Below are positions 1 through 11,805 of a stretch of 41,290 nucleotides of DNA, piece by piece. Under the pieces are notes generated by a model. That model was not told where the DNA came from, searched no databases, and was given only the letters and a program-made list of their open reading frames with translations. The position numbers and the translations under genes are program-made. This DNA is from Trypethelium eluteriae. Its lineage: Eukaryota. The stretch is from NCBI GenBank assembly GCA_051942245.1, contig JAVECL010000163.1, forward strand, positions 1 to 41,290. The letters are read 5' to 3'. The number at the start of each line of letters is the position of its first letter. Positions within the stretch are counted from its first letter, which is position 1.

Positions 1-36
1 GGTGATGAGGATGCGGCGGACGGCGGAGGTGCTCAT
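1..36 (-). CDS. 5' end of a gene running off the left edge (MSTSAVRRILIT...), product unknown
   Basis: Minus strand reads CACC-ATG AGC ACC TCC GCC GTC CGC CGC ATC CTC ATC ACC: good start context, C-ending codons, C/A-rich 5' leader. Only 12 codons are visible. Confidence 0.5.
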   Translation of the reverse strand, partial: MSTSAVRRILIT

Positions 37-1124
37 GGTGGATTGGGAAAGGGGTTGGTTGGTTAATTGAGGAATTTGGGATTGTCAGTTGCTGGAATAT
101 GCAGAGGTCTGGGTGTAGGAATGTCCTCTTGATTGGGAGAATGAGCAATAGAAAGGCTTGAAGCCAATATTTATGGACGACTTGGATTTGATTTTGAACT
201 GCTTTTTCTTTCTTTCGCAAAATAACGCAGTGCAGCTTGTGATCTTGGTGAGGGACCTGGCTTTCTATGCCAGAAAAAAAAAATCCATCCATCATTACAG
301 ACCTTTATAGTATTTAGCAGATCGGAACTTGGTGAATCAGGGGCTGCTTGATCTGCGGGCAAATTTCTAATCAATGGCGAATGCATTGAACAGAGTGCTT
401 AATAAAGTCCAAATACGAACTCTTTTTGGCCTTACCTATGACGTGCAGTGGAGGAATTGAGGGCCGGGCCGCCTCCAAGCGCGGACGTCGGTAAGTAACT
501 CTTGCCGACCTCCCTCAAAAATCCTTCATCAATCTCTCTACTCCGCAGTCAAGGAGGTTCTAGTCAATACATCCGAATCTCTGAATACGATAAAACGAGA
601 TAGACTTTGTTTAGAAAAGACTCTCACTCTGGTTAGACCAGAGCCGTAACGTATGATCAGACAAGTCAGTAGGAAATCAATACCTGACCCAAGTACTCCG
701 TACATACCCCAAGACAACCACATGCCAAACCTTCAGATTGACGCAAAGGAACGAATCGCGAGCATTTGAGGTCATGCCAAGTCTGCTCAAGTTCTACGAC
801 CGTGATAAACTTCTGTCATGTCGGCGAGGACCGACCAGGCTACCCCGATGACCTGCTTTAGCTTCAAGTGCCAGCATCGTCCCATGGTGCTGGTTGATGA
901 ATTTCGGAGTATGTTCCCATGCTTTAGGTCTTCCGACGCCAGTATCTGATGTCTCACTTTGCGGCTCGATTGTCGTTTTTCACTGAGCATGAGTCCCCTC
1001 GGACATTCGTTGAAACGCAACGAGGCTCCTTCGATCACGGATAGGCAATATCGCCATTCTCCTCTCCATGTTGTTCTCGGCCGAATATGTGGTTCTTGAA
1101 AGACTTCTCTTGTGAACGCCTCCC

Positions 1125-2216
1125 CTACGAATTGAAAATTCTTGAATAGAGCAACTCATGCCTTCCCTGCCATAAGTCCATGGCCGGCACCGTGATGCCC
1201 GCTTCCTCCACCGACGTCTCCCGCTCCCTCAGAATACACTCCTCAATGAGCTTGCGCAGCCCAAACGACACTGCTCCTCCTTCCTCAACCCCCTCTTCTC
1301 CTTTCCTCTCTCCCTTCATACCAAAAATCCCGGTTCCAGCAAGTACACCTTGTCCCGCAAAAGGACCTAACACACCCGCCCGTACCCCTGCCGAGACCAC
1401 AGCTTTTGCATGAGACAGCAAGAATACGTAGGCCGTTTCGTGCTCTCCAAGCTCCATACTTGCCGCCGCGGCCCCAAACGCAGGGGCAAAGTGTGCGTGT
1501 GTCTTAGGAGTCTCTAAGGCGTTGCTGGGCGCTTTGCTCGGAGCCGCCACAGTAGGATGAGCGCGCAGGCGTTGAGCGAGAGCCTTAAGCGTAGCGATAG
1601 CTGGAGTCGATGGATGAAAACCTGGTAAAGCAGCTGCAAAGGACTTCTCCCACACACCAACTAACGCCCGACCTTGAGCAGTGCTGGCGCGTCGCGCGAC
1701 AGTGCAGCTCAGAGTCGCGTCGAAGACGTCATCGCATTCTTCGAGACGGGCAGGGTCACGGAAGGTAGCGAAGAGGAAGGGAAGGGTGGTGGAGGCAGTG
1801 TTGAGGATGGAGAGATGAAGGAAGGAATAAAAGAGAGACGTTGTAGAGAGATTTGAGGAGGGATTGATTGAGCTGGAGCGTACAGAGCGACTGCGATGGT
1901 GTGCCAGATAGGATTCTAAGCCATTGCTGAAGGCGAAGGAACCAAGTGGGAGAGCGGAGTCCGAGAGGAGAAGGAGGGCATGAAGGGAGGGATGAGTTGC
2001 GGGTTGAGGGATACCTGTATCAACCTGTGGACTCTGACTGTGATTCGATATCGTTGCATTTGTAAGTCCACCGCCTTGGTCCTTGGAATTATCATTTGAA
2101 GATAGAGTGGAAAGGATCTGTGCATGGTTCAACTTGGCCCGAACCTGCATTAATCGCTCTTCCAGTTCCAAGACCTCCTGTTTGAGAGACATCTTTTCAC
2201 TCTCTGAGTATTCCAT
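1125..2216 (-). CDS. ureF: Urease accessory protein UreF
   Basis: 363-aa ORF with LLLLSDSALPLGSFAFSNGLESY, ARRASTAQGRAL, HAHFAPAFG, YVFLLSHAKAVVSAGVRA and terminal GRHELLYSRIFNS, all characteristic UreF motifs. Confidence 0.95.
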   Translation of the reverse strand: MEYSESEKMSLKQEVLELEERLMQVRAKLNHAQILSTLSSNDNSKDQGGGLTNATISNHSQSPQVDTGIPQPATHPSLHALLLLSDSALPLGSFAFSNGLESYLAHHRSRSVRSSSINPSSNLSTTSLFYSFLHLSILNTASTTLPFLFATFRDPARLEECDDVFDATLSCTVARRASTAQGRALVGVWEKSFAAALPGFHPSTPAIATLKALAQRLRAHPTVAAPSKAPSNALETPKTHAHFAPAFGAAAASMELGEHETAYVFLLSHAKAVVSAGVRAGVLGPFAGQGVLAGTGIFGMKGERKGEEGVEEGGAVSFGLRKLIEECILRERETSVEEAGITVPAMDLWQGRHELLYSRIFNS

Positions 2217-2864
2217 ATTTTTTGCATGTTCAGAAGAAATCTCTTGAAAGGAGATTTGATAGAATTGGTATTTGATGTTGATACCGTGAGCATCGACTTG
2301 GCAATAATTTTAGTTGTGACGGTCCATAGCTTCCTAGTTTAGCTTAAGTCTAAGCTGGGAATTGTTGATGGAGTACCTTGTCTAGGTGTGTATCCTAAGT
2401 GCACCTTCGGAGATAACCTAGATAGCTAACATAGCTACCATAGCTCTGATGGTCTTCAAACATTGCAATTACGTCGAGACGTGGCGGGTGATGGGATCAA
2501 CATGTGCTCACTGGGCTAGATTTGACAGGCCACCAAGCCAATCACTTATATCGGCACGAACAATAACTATCAAAATTACTTTATTCCATGTAATAATATC
2601 CATGTACCTCTCGTCGTGCATGGAAGGGCTAATTTGCCTATGCATTTCTCATATCCTCGTCTCCCGTTAGATCAATTCGAAGATGCAGTGCTCTTGGGTT
2701 TGCTCGACGGATACTGCAGTTTAAAAAATCCGATACCTAAAAAAGAGAAAAGGTACTTCGCTCCAAACGCTCCGCCCAAATGCCTATGACTGATATGTGT
2801 GACATCACTCCCAAAACGCCATAAGACCCGTTCATCAGCTCGCCATTCTTGGCATGCCATCAGT

Positions 2865-4162
2865 CTATAATATCTCCTTGAGCTGGGTCTTCTGCTGTGG
2901 CGTCAAGCTGGTAGGAAATTTGATGTTCACGCCTACTATAAAATCTCCGCGTTCGGTAGGCTTCTTGGGCTTTGGCATGCCCAAATGCGGGTAGCGCTCT
3001 TCAAAAGTTGGTGGTGTAGGGCCGCCATGTCGAACGCCGATTTGTTTGTTGTCGATAGTACTCACGGTCCGTTGCCAGCCTGTTAGGGCTTCTTTGAGAC
3101 TGATCTCGACTTTGTATCTGATATCGTCGCCATCGCGTGTGAAGAGAGTATGATCTTTCTATAAAGGAAAGTTAGTAAGACACATTACAGAGTCCATGAA
3201 ACAGGGGTTGACATACCTCTTGCACCACGAAGTGCAAGTCCTGCGTTCCCCCTTCCGCCTGATCCCCCATATCCGAAAACTTGATCTTGCTTCCCGCCTT
3301 CAATCCTTTCTTAATCGGCACCTCTAGGACCTTATCCTGTGTGCTCTGCTTCCCCGTCACCGGATCGTAGGTCTTGCGCTTGATCTTCATCTTCTTCGTC
3401 GTCCCATTAAACATCTCCTCCAACGTCACCGGTAGCTGTTTCTCCACAATCGTCACCTCTGGCGTCGCTGCTCGCCTCCCTCCCATCCCACCGTGCATAT
3501 GCGAGCTCCTCCTCCCTCCACTCGGCCTGCTTCCAAAGAGATTTCGTAGAAGATCATCATCCTCTCCACCCATGCTTGGATCGTCCCGAAAGAAATTCGC
3601 AAACGTATCCTGAGGTGAATTGAAGCTAAATCCACCCGGCATACCTCCACCACCGGTCGAGAAATGAAATGTGCGGGCCCCGCCGCCCCCGCCGGGCATG
3701 CCACCGAAGCCACCGAAGCCGCTGGCGAAAGGATTTCCACCTGCACCGCTCGGGTCTGCGCTATCTGGAGCTGGGGCGCCGCCTCGGAGGATGAAATCGA
3801 GACCGTATTGGTCATAGGTTTGGCGTTTCTCCGGGTCAGAGAGGATTTCATAGGCTTGGGAGACCTCTAGACATAACCGAAATGAGTATTAGTAGATTGA
3901 TAGAAAAAGACACAATGGCAAAAGGGAGAATTGAACGTGGAGGCCGGGACGAATTGACGCACCTTTGAATTTCTCGCCAGCATTCGGGTTGTCTTTATTC
4001 TTGTCAGGATGGTATTTGAGAGCTGCTTTTCGGTAGGCTTTTTTGATGTCCTCTTGCGAGGCATCGGATTTAATGCCTGTAGGAATTGTTAGTTTACTTA
4101 AAGAGTATAAGAGTGCAGTAGAACGTGCCTAGTTGGTCGTAGAGCTTCGTCTCTGCCACCAT
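2865..4162 (-). CDS. SIS1: Type II Hsp40/DnaJ chaperone (Sis1/Psi1 ortholog); exons 4162-4129, 4076-3963, 3866-3217, 3158-2865
   Basis: Spliced product [39 protein letters not shown]...EVSQAYE (J-domain with HPD), G/F-rich linker, C-terminal domain [21 protein letters not shown]...[16 protein letters not shown]. Confidence 0.95.
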
Positions 4163-4362
4163 GTTGCAATGATTTGAAGGAGTTTGGTAGGACTGTGTGT
4201 TCAAATGGGACTCGAATTATTATTGGAGAAATGAAGTGTGGAAATTCTGACGCAGCCAAGAGCAAGCGTATGGAGGTCAACTGAGAGAAGGTTGATAAGG
4301 TATGTTCAGGCTACCTAGCTTTCAATGCTCATGCAAGTCGGTGTTTGCAAGACACCGACCAA

Positions 4363-4377
4363 GGAAGCTTCGAGAAG
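4363..4377. promoter_or_regulatory. Heat-shock element (three perfect inverted nGAAn units) about 200 bp upstream of the SIS1 start
   Basis: gGAAgcTTCgaGAAg at 4363-4377 matches nGAAnnTTCnnGAAn. Sis1 is a canonical Hsf1 target. Confidence 0.75.
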
Positions 4378-4675
4378 CATCCACCAATGATCCTTGTCCT
4401 CCATATTCATCCTAGAGACAACAAACGCAGAGAGGTTGCAAGGCTTTTTTTTGGAAGCTAGTGTATCTTATGGGATACGGAGCATAGACCATACAGTACA
4501 TGATATCATTCCATTCAGCATCAAAACCAAACATGCTCTACTGCTCTACTAAAATACATCGGAGCTTTCCCGCTGCTGTGTGATCCGGTCCCGAATAGCC
4601 CCACACATTCATCGTACATATTCCTCTGCTCTTTCCACGTCCTCTAACTCGGGAGCGTGACCTATCTATCACATG

Positions 4676-7629
4676 CTATGATGCTACTTCTGTGGGACGG
4701 ATAGGGTTGACTGTGTTAGTGTCGCCTGCTTGAAATACAACTCTCTGGCGTTGGCTCTCCCACTCGTCCATCTTATTCCTCCATTCCCTGCCTTTATCAG
4801 AGATTTGTCGAATCATGTACCTGTAGTAGTCCTCGACTTCATCTTCAGGGTTATCCTGCGGTAAGAGACTCTTGCGCCTTCGCTTGCACGCGTCGTATAA
4901 ATGCCGTGCACGTGACTGTGAGCTAATCTCTGTGATGGTGTACTCGACTTTCCATTTATCATCAGGCTTTAAACCTTCCGGACGCAGGTGGTATTTTCCA
5001 TTGACTCTCGAACGGGTCATCAGCGTCATGGCAAGGATGGACTTCTTTTCAGTTGAATGAGAGGTGTCGGCTGTACTCTGAGGGTTTTCGGAGCTAGCTT
5101 CTCCTCCAGTTGTGTCTGCTGCAGCTTCCGTCTGTGCAACGTCAAAAGTGGGTGTCGTCTCATCACTTGCCTGGTCTTCTTCCTGTTCTTGGCCGGTTTC
5201 ATTCTGTTTCTGGTGACCCTGGCTGTCTTCTGAAGAAGAGCAAGTATTGTCGGCACCAATCGTGCTCGTGGATTGCTCCCCTGAATCGATAGCATCGTTG
5301 CTCATTTCGTCTTTGACTTGCTCCATAATGCTCTCCCAATCTTTTGAATTTTCTTTTTCATCACTCTCACTTTCGGGCTTCAATCCAAGAACAGAACGCT
5401 CGTATTGCTCAATCCTCTCTTTGGTTGCTTGTTGAATACTTTCTACCTCGTCTTCAGTAACGGGCTCGACAAAGATGTACATAAAGTTGACTGATGCATC
5501 CCGAGTCTCAAAATGAAATCGGAGAGACTACAGTTTATTAGTGTGAGATACTTCGATTCGACCGAAAGCATTAAAACGTACTGTATTGGGGAACTTCTCA
5601 GTTGCCCGATTCAATATCTTATTCAATAACGCGAGGCTGATCTTAAATTCCTGATCCCCGAGTATGGTGTCATCCTGTCCGTGGAGCGCCCGATCTATTT
5701 CAGGCAGACTGATGTACTGGAAGCCGAAAATACGCTCAACATTATGGAAGGCGGCAAATATTCCATCCATCCTTCCAATGCGGGCCTGAAGAGAATATTT
5801 CAGCAAAGTTGCGCGCATCATGTCGTAGTATTCGCGTTCAAAAGACTCCCAGCGACCTTGCCCATGTCGGATCTCATACCCCATACCCTTCTCATGGTCT
5901 GACGCAGACATGCGTATGGATACGACAGCCCTTGTCTTGATATCAAACATGCCAGTCCCTGGTAGGCGCGAGTCGTGAGCGTCAAGCTGAGATCTCATCA
6001 GAAAGTCTCCCATGGTTGAATAATGGTATGATTCGGTAGCTTCTCGTTCTTCTTCAGAGACACCTTGAGGATCCGACTTTCGGTACCGCTCGTAAGCTTC
6101 CGTCGGGAGTACCATCAATTTTTCCATCGATTTCCCAAGCATAGCCAGAATCGTAGGACTATCGAACTCTTTATCAGCATCGATGGCGTACGTACCATTC
6201 TTCCAACGGAGCATAATTGCACAAGGACCTCGTGTCAACTTTGTAAAAGATGTCGATCTCTCTGAAAATCCCTTTGATAGCATACTGAGATTGAGTTCTC
6301 GCCACTGAGACAGCAAAAAATGGAAGTGACTGAGAATACCAGTCATACTGGATGTAGACCCGACATATTTGCTGTGATGCTGTTTAGCAATACTTGCAAG
6401 CCTTTCGTCCTGCGATGAGGCGACGAAGCGTGTTAAGGCGTTAAAATCAAATTCTGCCACCGGCATGATCATTTGCAAATATGGATCAAAATTGAAAACT
6501 CTAGATCGCGGATCCTGAAGATGGTAGATACCTGGACTTCACCTTGGCGTTAGGCAAAGTATCAGGACGTGACGAACTGGACTTACTTGAAGAGCACTCT
6601 ATCAAGTCCGTGAGCAAGCCCAGGCACTGGCGCCATCTCAGACTCAATCGCTGCCACTGTTAGTACTTGGCTTTTATCGGCCGATGTATGAGACCTACTG
6701 TTTATATTCAATTCAGAAGCTGTGATGGTCTGAATCTCAGCGGGCGTTGAGCCCTTTTCATTGGTCTGGAGGATGAGCGCAGCCTGCCGTTTACCTAGGA
6801 GTGCCTCTTTAAGCGTTTTCGCTTTCTCTACGCGAGAGAACGGTTCCTTCGTCTCGGTTGTGTCAGGTCCAATGGTAGGATAACGACGAATTCGGAGCTT
6901 CTTCGCTTGCTTCACAAGAGAGGGCTGGTCCTTCGTGTCGGTCGTGTCAGATACAGTAGTAGATACATGACGAATGCGGAGCCTCCTCCTTCCTGCTTGT
7001 CTCTTTGCACGAGCAACTTTTTCTCCTGGCTTCTTGGAGAGCGGCTCAGTCGCGGGCTTTTGGTCTGCTACCTCGTTAGGTCCCACCGCCGAGCTTTTAT
7101 CGTCCGCATGTTGTTCCTGTTGACCCGGCGATTGAACGTTGTCGTGTCTCTTCACCGACTGCTCATCCTCTGACAGGTTTTTCGATGATTTGGACTTTTT
7201 CGCCTTTTTTTTCTTCGATACCTCGTTGGGCCCGACCGCCGAGCTTTTGTCGTCCGCACATTGTTCCTGTAGATCCGACGATTGGACGCTGTCGTGGCTC
7301 TTCACTGACTGCTCATCCTTCGACAAGTTTTTCGATGATTTGGACTTTTTCGTTTTCTTTTTCTTTTTCTTCGGTACCGATTTTACGAGATCATGTGGAA
7401 TATGAGCATCTGGCAACTGAGTGCCTTTGTCAACTACGACAGTCGGAGACGTGTCTGTGGATGGGCTGGATTCGGCGGTTGCGGTAGCGAAGAAGGCTTT
7501 GGTCGTCGCCCTGGATGCTTCGAGGGCGAAGATGCGATTCGCGTAGTAATATCCATTGACTCTTGAGAAATGACGCTGGACCAATCTCAATTGCGGCTTT
7601 AGAGAGTTGAAGGCACTCTGTATGAGCAT
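4676..7629 (-). CDS. PET127: Mitochondrial RNA-processing exonuclease Pet127 (multi-exon)
   Basis: Spliced sequence VPGLAHGLDRVLFNPGIYHLQDPRSRVFNFDPYL, KYVGSTSSMTGILSHFHFLLSQWR, FLMRSQLDAHDSRLPGTGMFDIKTRAV, SFEREYYDMMRATLLKYSLQARIGRMDGIF are Pet127 motifs. The ATG at 7629 gives a presequence-like N-terminus (MLIQSAFNSLKPQLRLVQRHFSR). Start is inferred. Confidence 0.92.
7071..7372 (-). repeat. Tandem duplication, 2 x 150 bp (50 aa), inside the PET127 N-terminal region
   Basis: Copies start at 7071 (cctcgttaggtcccaccgccgagctttt...) and 7221 (cctcgttgggcccgaccgccgagctttt...). Protein unit KKKKxKKSKSSKNLSxDEQSVKxHDxVQSxxxQEQxADDKSSAVGPNEV. Confidence 0.95.
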
Positions 7630-8042
7630 GAGTTTGACGTGACAAAGAGGCGTGTAGAGAGAAATAACAAGATTCAGAGAGAGTCGAATGTAATGACAAG
7701 TCCGCTCCGCTCCGCCTCTAGAGTAGGTATCGTTGGTGCCCTGTCCGATACTCCGTACCATCATCCGCTCTGTCTGCTTGTCAACAGAGTGCTCCCCGGA
7801 ATTGCGCCCATTTGGGGCACAACATCTGGTCCAATATGCACCTACCTTTCTCATCCATTGTAGAAGACTGGCCTACTGCACTTTCCTCGGTCATTCTGGG
7901 TCGCTCTTCCTATGCTTGACAGATCATTGACGTCCCCTCGATAACGGCGTCTTTGCTGGACCCTCCCTCGGACGAATGCCTGTCTTCAACGTTCCATGCG
8001 CATGTTGAACTAACAGGAGGTCATTTGCCTCCATTGACTATC

Positions 8043-11000
8043 ATGTCGAAGCCCAGCGCCTCCTCTGGCCGAAGGAGAAGCTTCTTCAACGCCGCCCTTG
8101 GTTTAACCCCTCTAACAAGTAGTAGCAGCAGCGAAGCTACATCTCCCTCAGATCCAAAAGCTTCGGGTAACGTTCTAAAAAAACGCTCGACCCTGCCCTC
8201 GATCTCCACATCCCATTACGAGGACGAATCTTCAACATCGCTGCAGACTGATGAGAATGCCTCTCCCAAATCAAGGCCATCGATGCTCGGCAAGACTGGG
8301 CGACCGTCTTCCATATTTGGCTCTCTCAGATCTTTGAAATCGTTGGGAGAAGATGACATCCAAACTACAACGTCGAACTCGAGTCACAGCCCATCGAGCA
8401 TTTGGGACGGTCAGGATGAGCAAGAAAAAAACGTGCTCCACCACGGAGAGGTGCAAACCAGCAGTGGCATGTTCAGGAAGAAAAAAGAGTACCTAGTAAT
8501 CACAGATACCCATATAATGCGCTTCAAGAGCCAAGCCAAAGCTGCTGAATCATTCAGTGTCATACCATCCATGCTCGGCCGGTCACAGACCAAGCGACAC
8601 AGCTCAGTCCCTTCTGCAGGTTCTGCGCAAGACTTACAATCTTTAAACTCAAGCGACTCTGGCGAGAGGGATATTGGTATACCTTTGCGCCAGGTCATTG
8701 CTGTCCATCACGTTGACGACGGTCGCCCGTTTTTCACCATTGAGATTGATCATCTAGACGATGATTGCACCAACGCTTCCTGCATGTCTCTTCAGCTTTC
8801 TGAACCTGAGGAACGAGATCTATGGCTGAACGTCATTCGTAACGCCGCTTCCAACGCGCGACTCACGGATTCTCGCCCAAGTCCTCGACATGTGTTGAAC
8901 CGAAACGCCTCTGTCGTCGAACGCAACAATGATTACGACCCTAATAGTTTCGACCTATATAGAATCGCCCAACGCCCTGTTTCAAAATCAGGCGGCCGGT
9001 CCCCTGAGGATCTCGCCAAGCTTTCATCTACCATATCATTCCTCGCAATTGGTTTACACAAGGTTCACATTATACCCCTGCACAAACGAGTTTCTAGTCC
9101 TTTAGATGGTCCAGCCCAGACGATATCATACGGCATTATGAATTTAACATCTGTACGAATAAGCGAACATGATGACACTTTCGAATTATCGTTCAGGTTT
9201 GTGCACGTGCGCTTGTCATGCTATATATCTGACGGACTAACGTTTCGGCAGACGTCCCCTTTGTCCGCCGACCGTACTCTGTCTAGCTTCTGTCGAGTGC
9301 GTGAATATTGCAATTCGACTTAGACATGTCGAGTTGGCACTGCGCCCGGAGTGGACCGCACGACCCTATACGTTCTCCGTACCACAAACTGTTGAACGGG
9401 ATCTCCAACGAACAGAAGCAATCCATAACGATGATCACAGCAGTCTTGACAAGACTTTGATTGCTTACTGCGTCGCCTACGACGTAAATCCCTCCAAAAT
9501 TCGGTATACCATCAATTATACTTGCGAAGATGCTCCACGTTTCGAGCTATGCCCATCTTCGGATTATCGTGCAGACCAATACTCCATTTATGAGCTTTTG
9601 GCTGTCATGCGAGCACTCCGCTACAACGAGACGTTCGGAACGGTGTCGTTTTCAGGCATCAAACTCGACGCGCTCAATCATCGCTATGATCCTTACGGCA
9701 CTGAGCATGTGTGCTACTTTACTAAGCGTGGTACTGAGATTCCCATGGAACCTTCGCAACTTCAAAGCGCATCCTTACTCGTACAAGAAATTCGGGCATT
9801 GGCTGTAACAAGTAAGAAAACTCGTCGGATGGACTTCTCAAATTGCATCACTGGGACGCCTCCCGAAGAAAACTACGATGTCAATGAGAGGGTCAAGGAT
9901 CCGGGTAGTGGGGTTGCGGAAGCCATCTTTCCACTGTGTCGTCTGCAGAGCACGAATGTGGACTGGATCTGTCTGAACGGCATTCAACTAGGGGAAACCG
10001 ACCTCGACTATCTCATTCACGCCGCTGCAGATAGAATCTGTCATCTCCGTGCTATAGAGTTGGCTCGGTGCGGTCTCAACGATCGGCGCTTTGAGCTTAT
10101 TCTTGATGGAATGCGTGGCCAGTGGGCGACTCTGGAATCCTTGGAGTTCTCAGGAAACAAGGTGGAGCTCACCCACCAAAAGTTCGAATCACAGATCAGC
10201 GTCTTCACGACCATGCGAAAAGTTCACCTCACAAGCACCCCTCGTATCCTCATCGATGAACCCATCATACCAGACAAGGTATTGATGTCTTGGAAGCTTG
10301 ATGAACTTCGCCTAAGTAGAACACCTCTGAATCAGAGTAGCATCGAATCCTTGTGTTGCTATCTTCGGAGCACCAACTCAGAGACTTTGCGGGAGCTTCG
10401 GCTAGATCGTACGTCCCTCACTGGCGCTGATCTCGCTGTCTTGATGCATTCATTGACACGGGAGCCTGGAAAACCTCGGAATATGCACATTGACATTAGC
10501 CAAAACAATTTTGAAAAAGACCACGCCCAATTTGCAAAAGCAATCGCTGGTGGTCTAGCGCCGCAGTATGTGTCACTTCCTCTGCTGGAGTATGAAAATG
10601 AAGGACTCTTTCGAAAACTTATTCATGCCTTCCGAGTGAATAAATCTATCAGGTACCTCGATATTTCTCGGCCTTCATTACCGGATGATGCCACCGAGGA
10701 AACGTGCGAATGCCTACGACGTATGTTGGCCGAAAACGATACTCTAGAAGAGCTTGACCTTTCTGGGGAAGATTCCAAACTTGAAGTTGCCAATCTGGGC
10801 GTTGGTCTTAATGCTGCCCTTCGTGGCCTCGCGCAGAACAAATCTATTCGTGTACTGCGTGTTCAGCATCAGAAGTTGGGACTGCAAGGGGCACAAACGT
10901 TGTCTGACGTTCTCAGAGAGAACACAACTCTTCGCGAACTTCACTGCGACTACAATGAGATCCCTCTGACTGGGCTTACCGATCTTGTGAACTCTTTACA

Positions 11001-11805
11001 CCGTAACACGACGTTGATCTATCTTCCATCAATGGATTCTTCTAAGAGTGGACATCTAAGACAGACCGAGCGTGAAGTAAAAGCGGTCCGGGACGCACCA
11101 TCGGTTGCATCACAATCAAAGCCTCGATCAAGCGCTAGCAGCAGACTGATCCTCCCATCTAGTGGATCTTTTGACTTTCGGGGACGCATCGCCTCCACTA
11201 TTGGGAACAAAGCGTCATTTCCATCTTCTCCAAAACTATCTCCGTCGTCTCCAAAGGGGGGGTTGCGATTCAGTCGCACCAACTCTGGCCCAAGCTCTGG
11301 CGGGGCACACGGGGTACCTCAACCTCAACAATTGAGTGACCAGGATATCAAAGCGGCCCTACGGCTGGTGGACGAGAGCTGGGAGCGACAACAGTGGCGT
11401 CTAAATCAGTATCTCTCACGTAACTTTGACATATTCTCGGGAAAAGATGTTGACCTTGACATACCAGAGGAGGATTTTGAGCGACCGAGTAGCGTAGCCA
11501 GCTTGGGCAAATTGCTTGAGGAGGTCAAGACAGACACAACGCCCACACTTGAAAAAGACCTTGATCTTGGCACCGAAGCGTCGCACCTAGCCCAGGAAGA
11601 AGAACAGTCGAGGCGGAAAGGGATAATTGAGGAGCTGGAGAAGGAGACTGGAATATCGACTGAAACGAATGCGCATCCCCGCCAGGACAGTAGATTCCAT
11701 GGGACAAGATTGTTGAATATTAACCTCGGATTTAATGATAGCACGGGCTCTTTCATGGATGACGAGCCTCGCACTCCAACGCAGAAGGAATTCACGCCTT
11801 ACTGA
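8043..11805 (+). CDS. PH-like domain + RNI-type leucine-rich-repeat protein; exons 8043-9196, 9252-11805
   Basis: HHGEVQTSSGMFRKKKEYLVITDTHIMRFKS (PH-like). Intron GTTTGT..CTAAC..CAG at 9197-9251 joins the two long ORFs in frame. LRR units such as LRELRLDRTSL, TLEELDLSGE, SIRVLRVQHQKLGLQGAQTLSDVLRENTTLRELHCDYNEI. Confidence 0.85.

Noticed and set aside
538..1038. Short minus-strand ORFs between ureF and the left-edge gene
   Set aside because: Short, with no motifs or codon bias. Probably ureF 3' UTR or intergenic DNA.
7630..8042. Upstream in-frame extensions of the PET127 (to 7854) and LRR (from 7953) ORFs
   Set aside because: More simply a compact divergent promoter/UTR region. The downstream ATGs give a better presequence and start context, and 7953 is a TTG.
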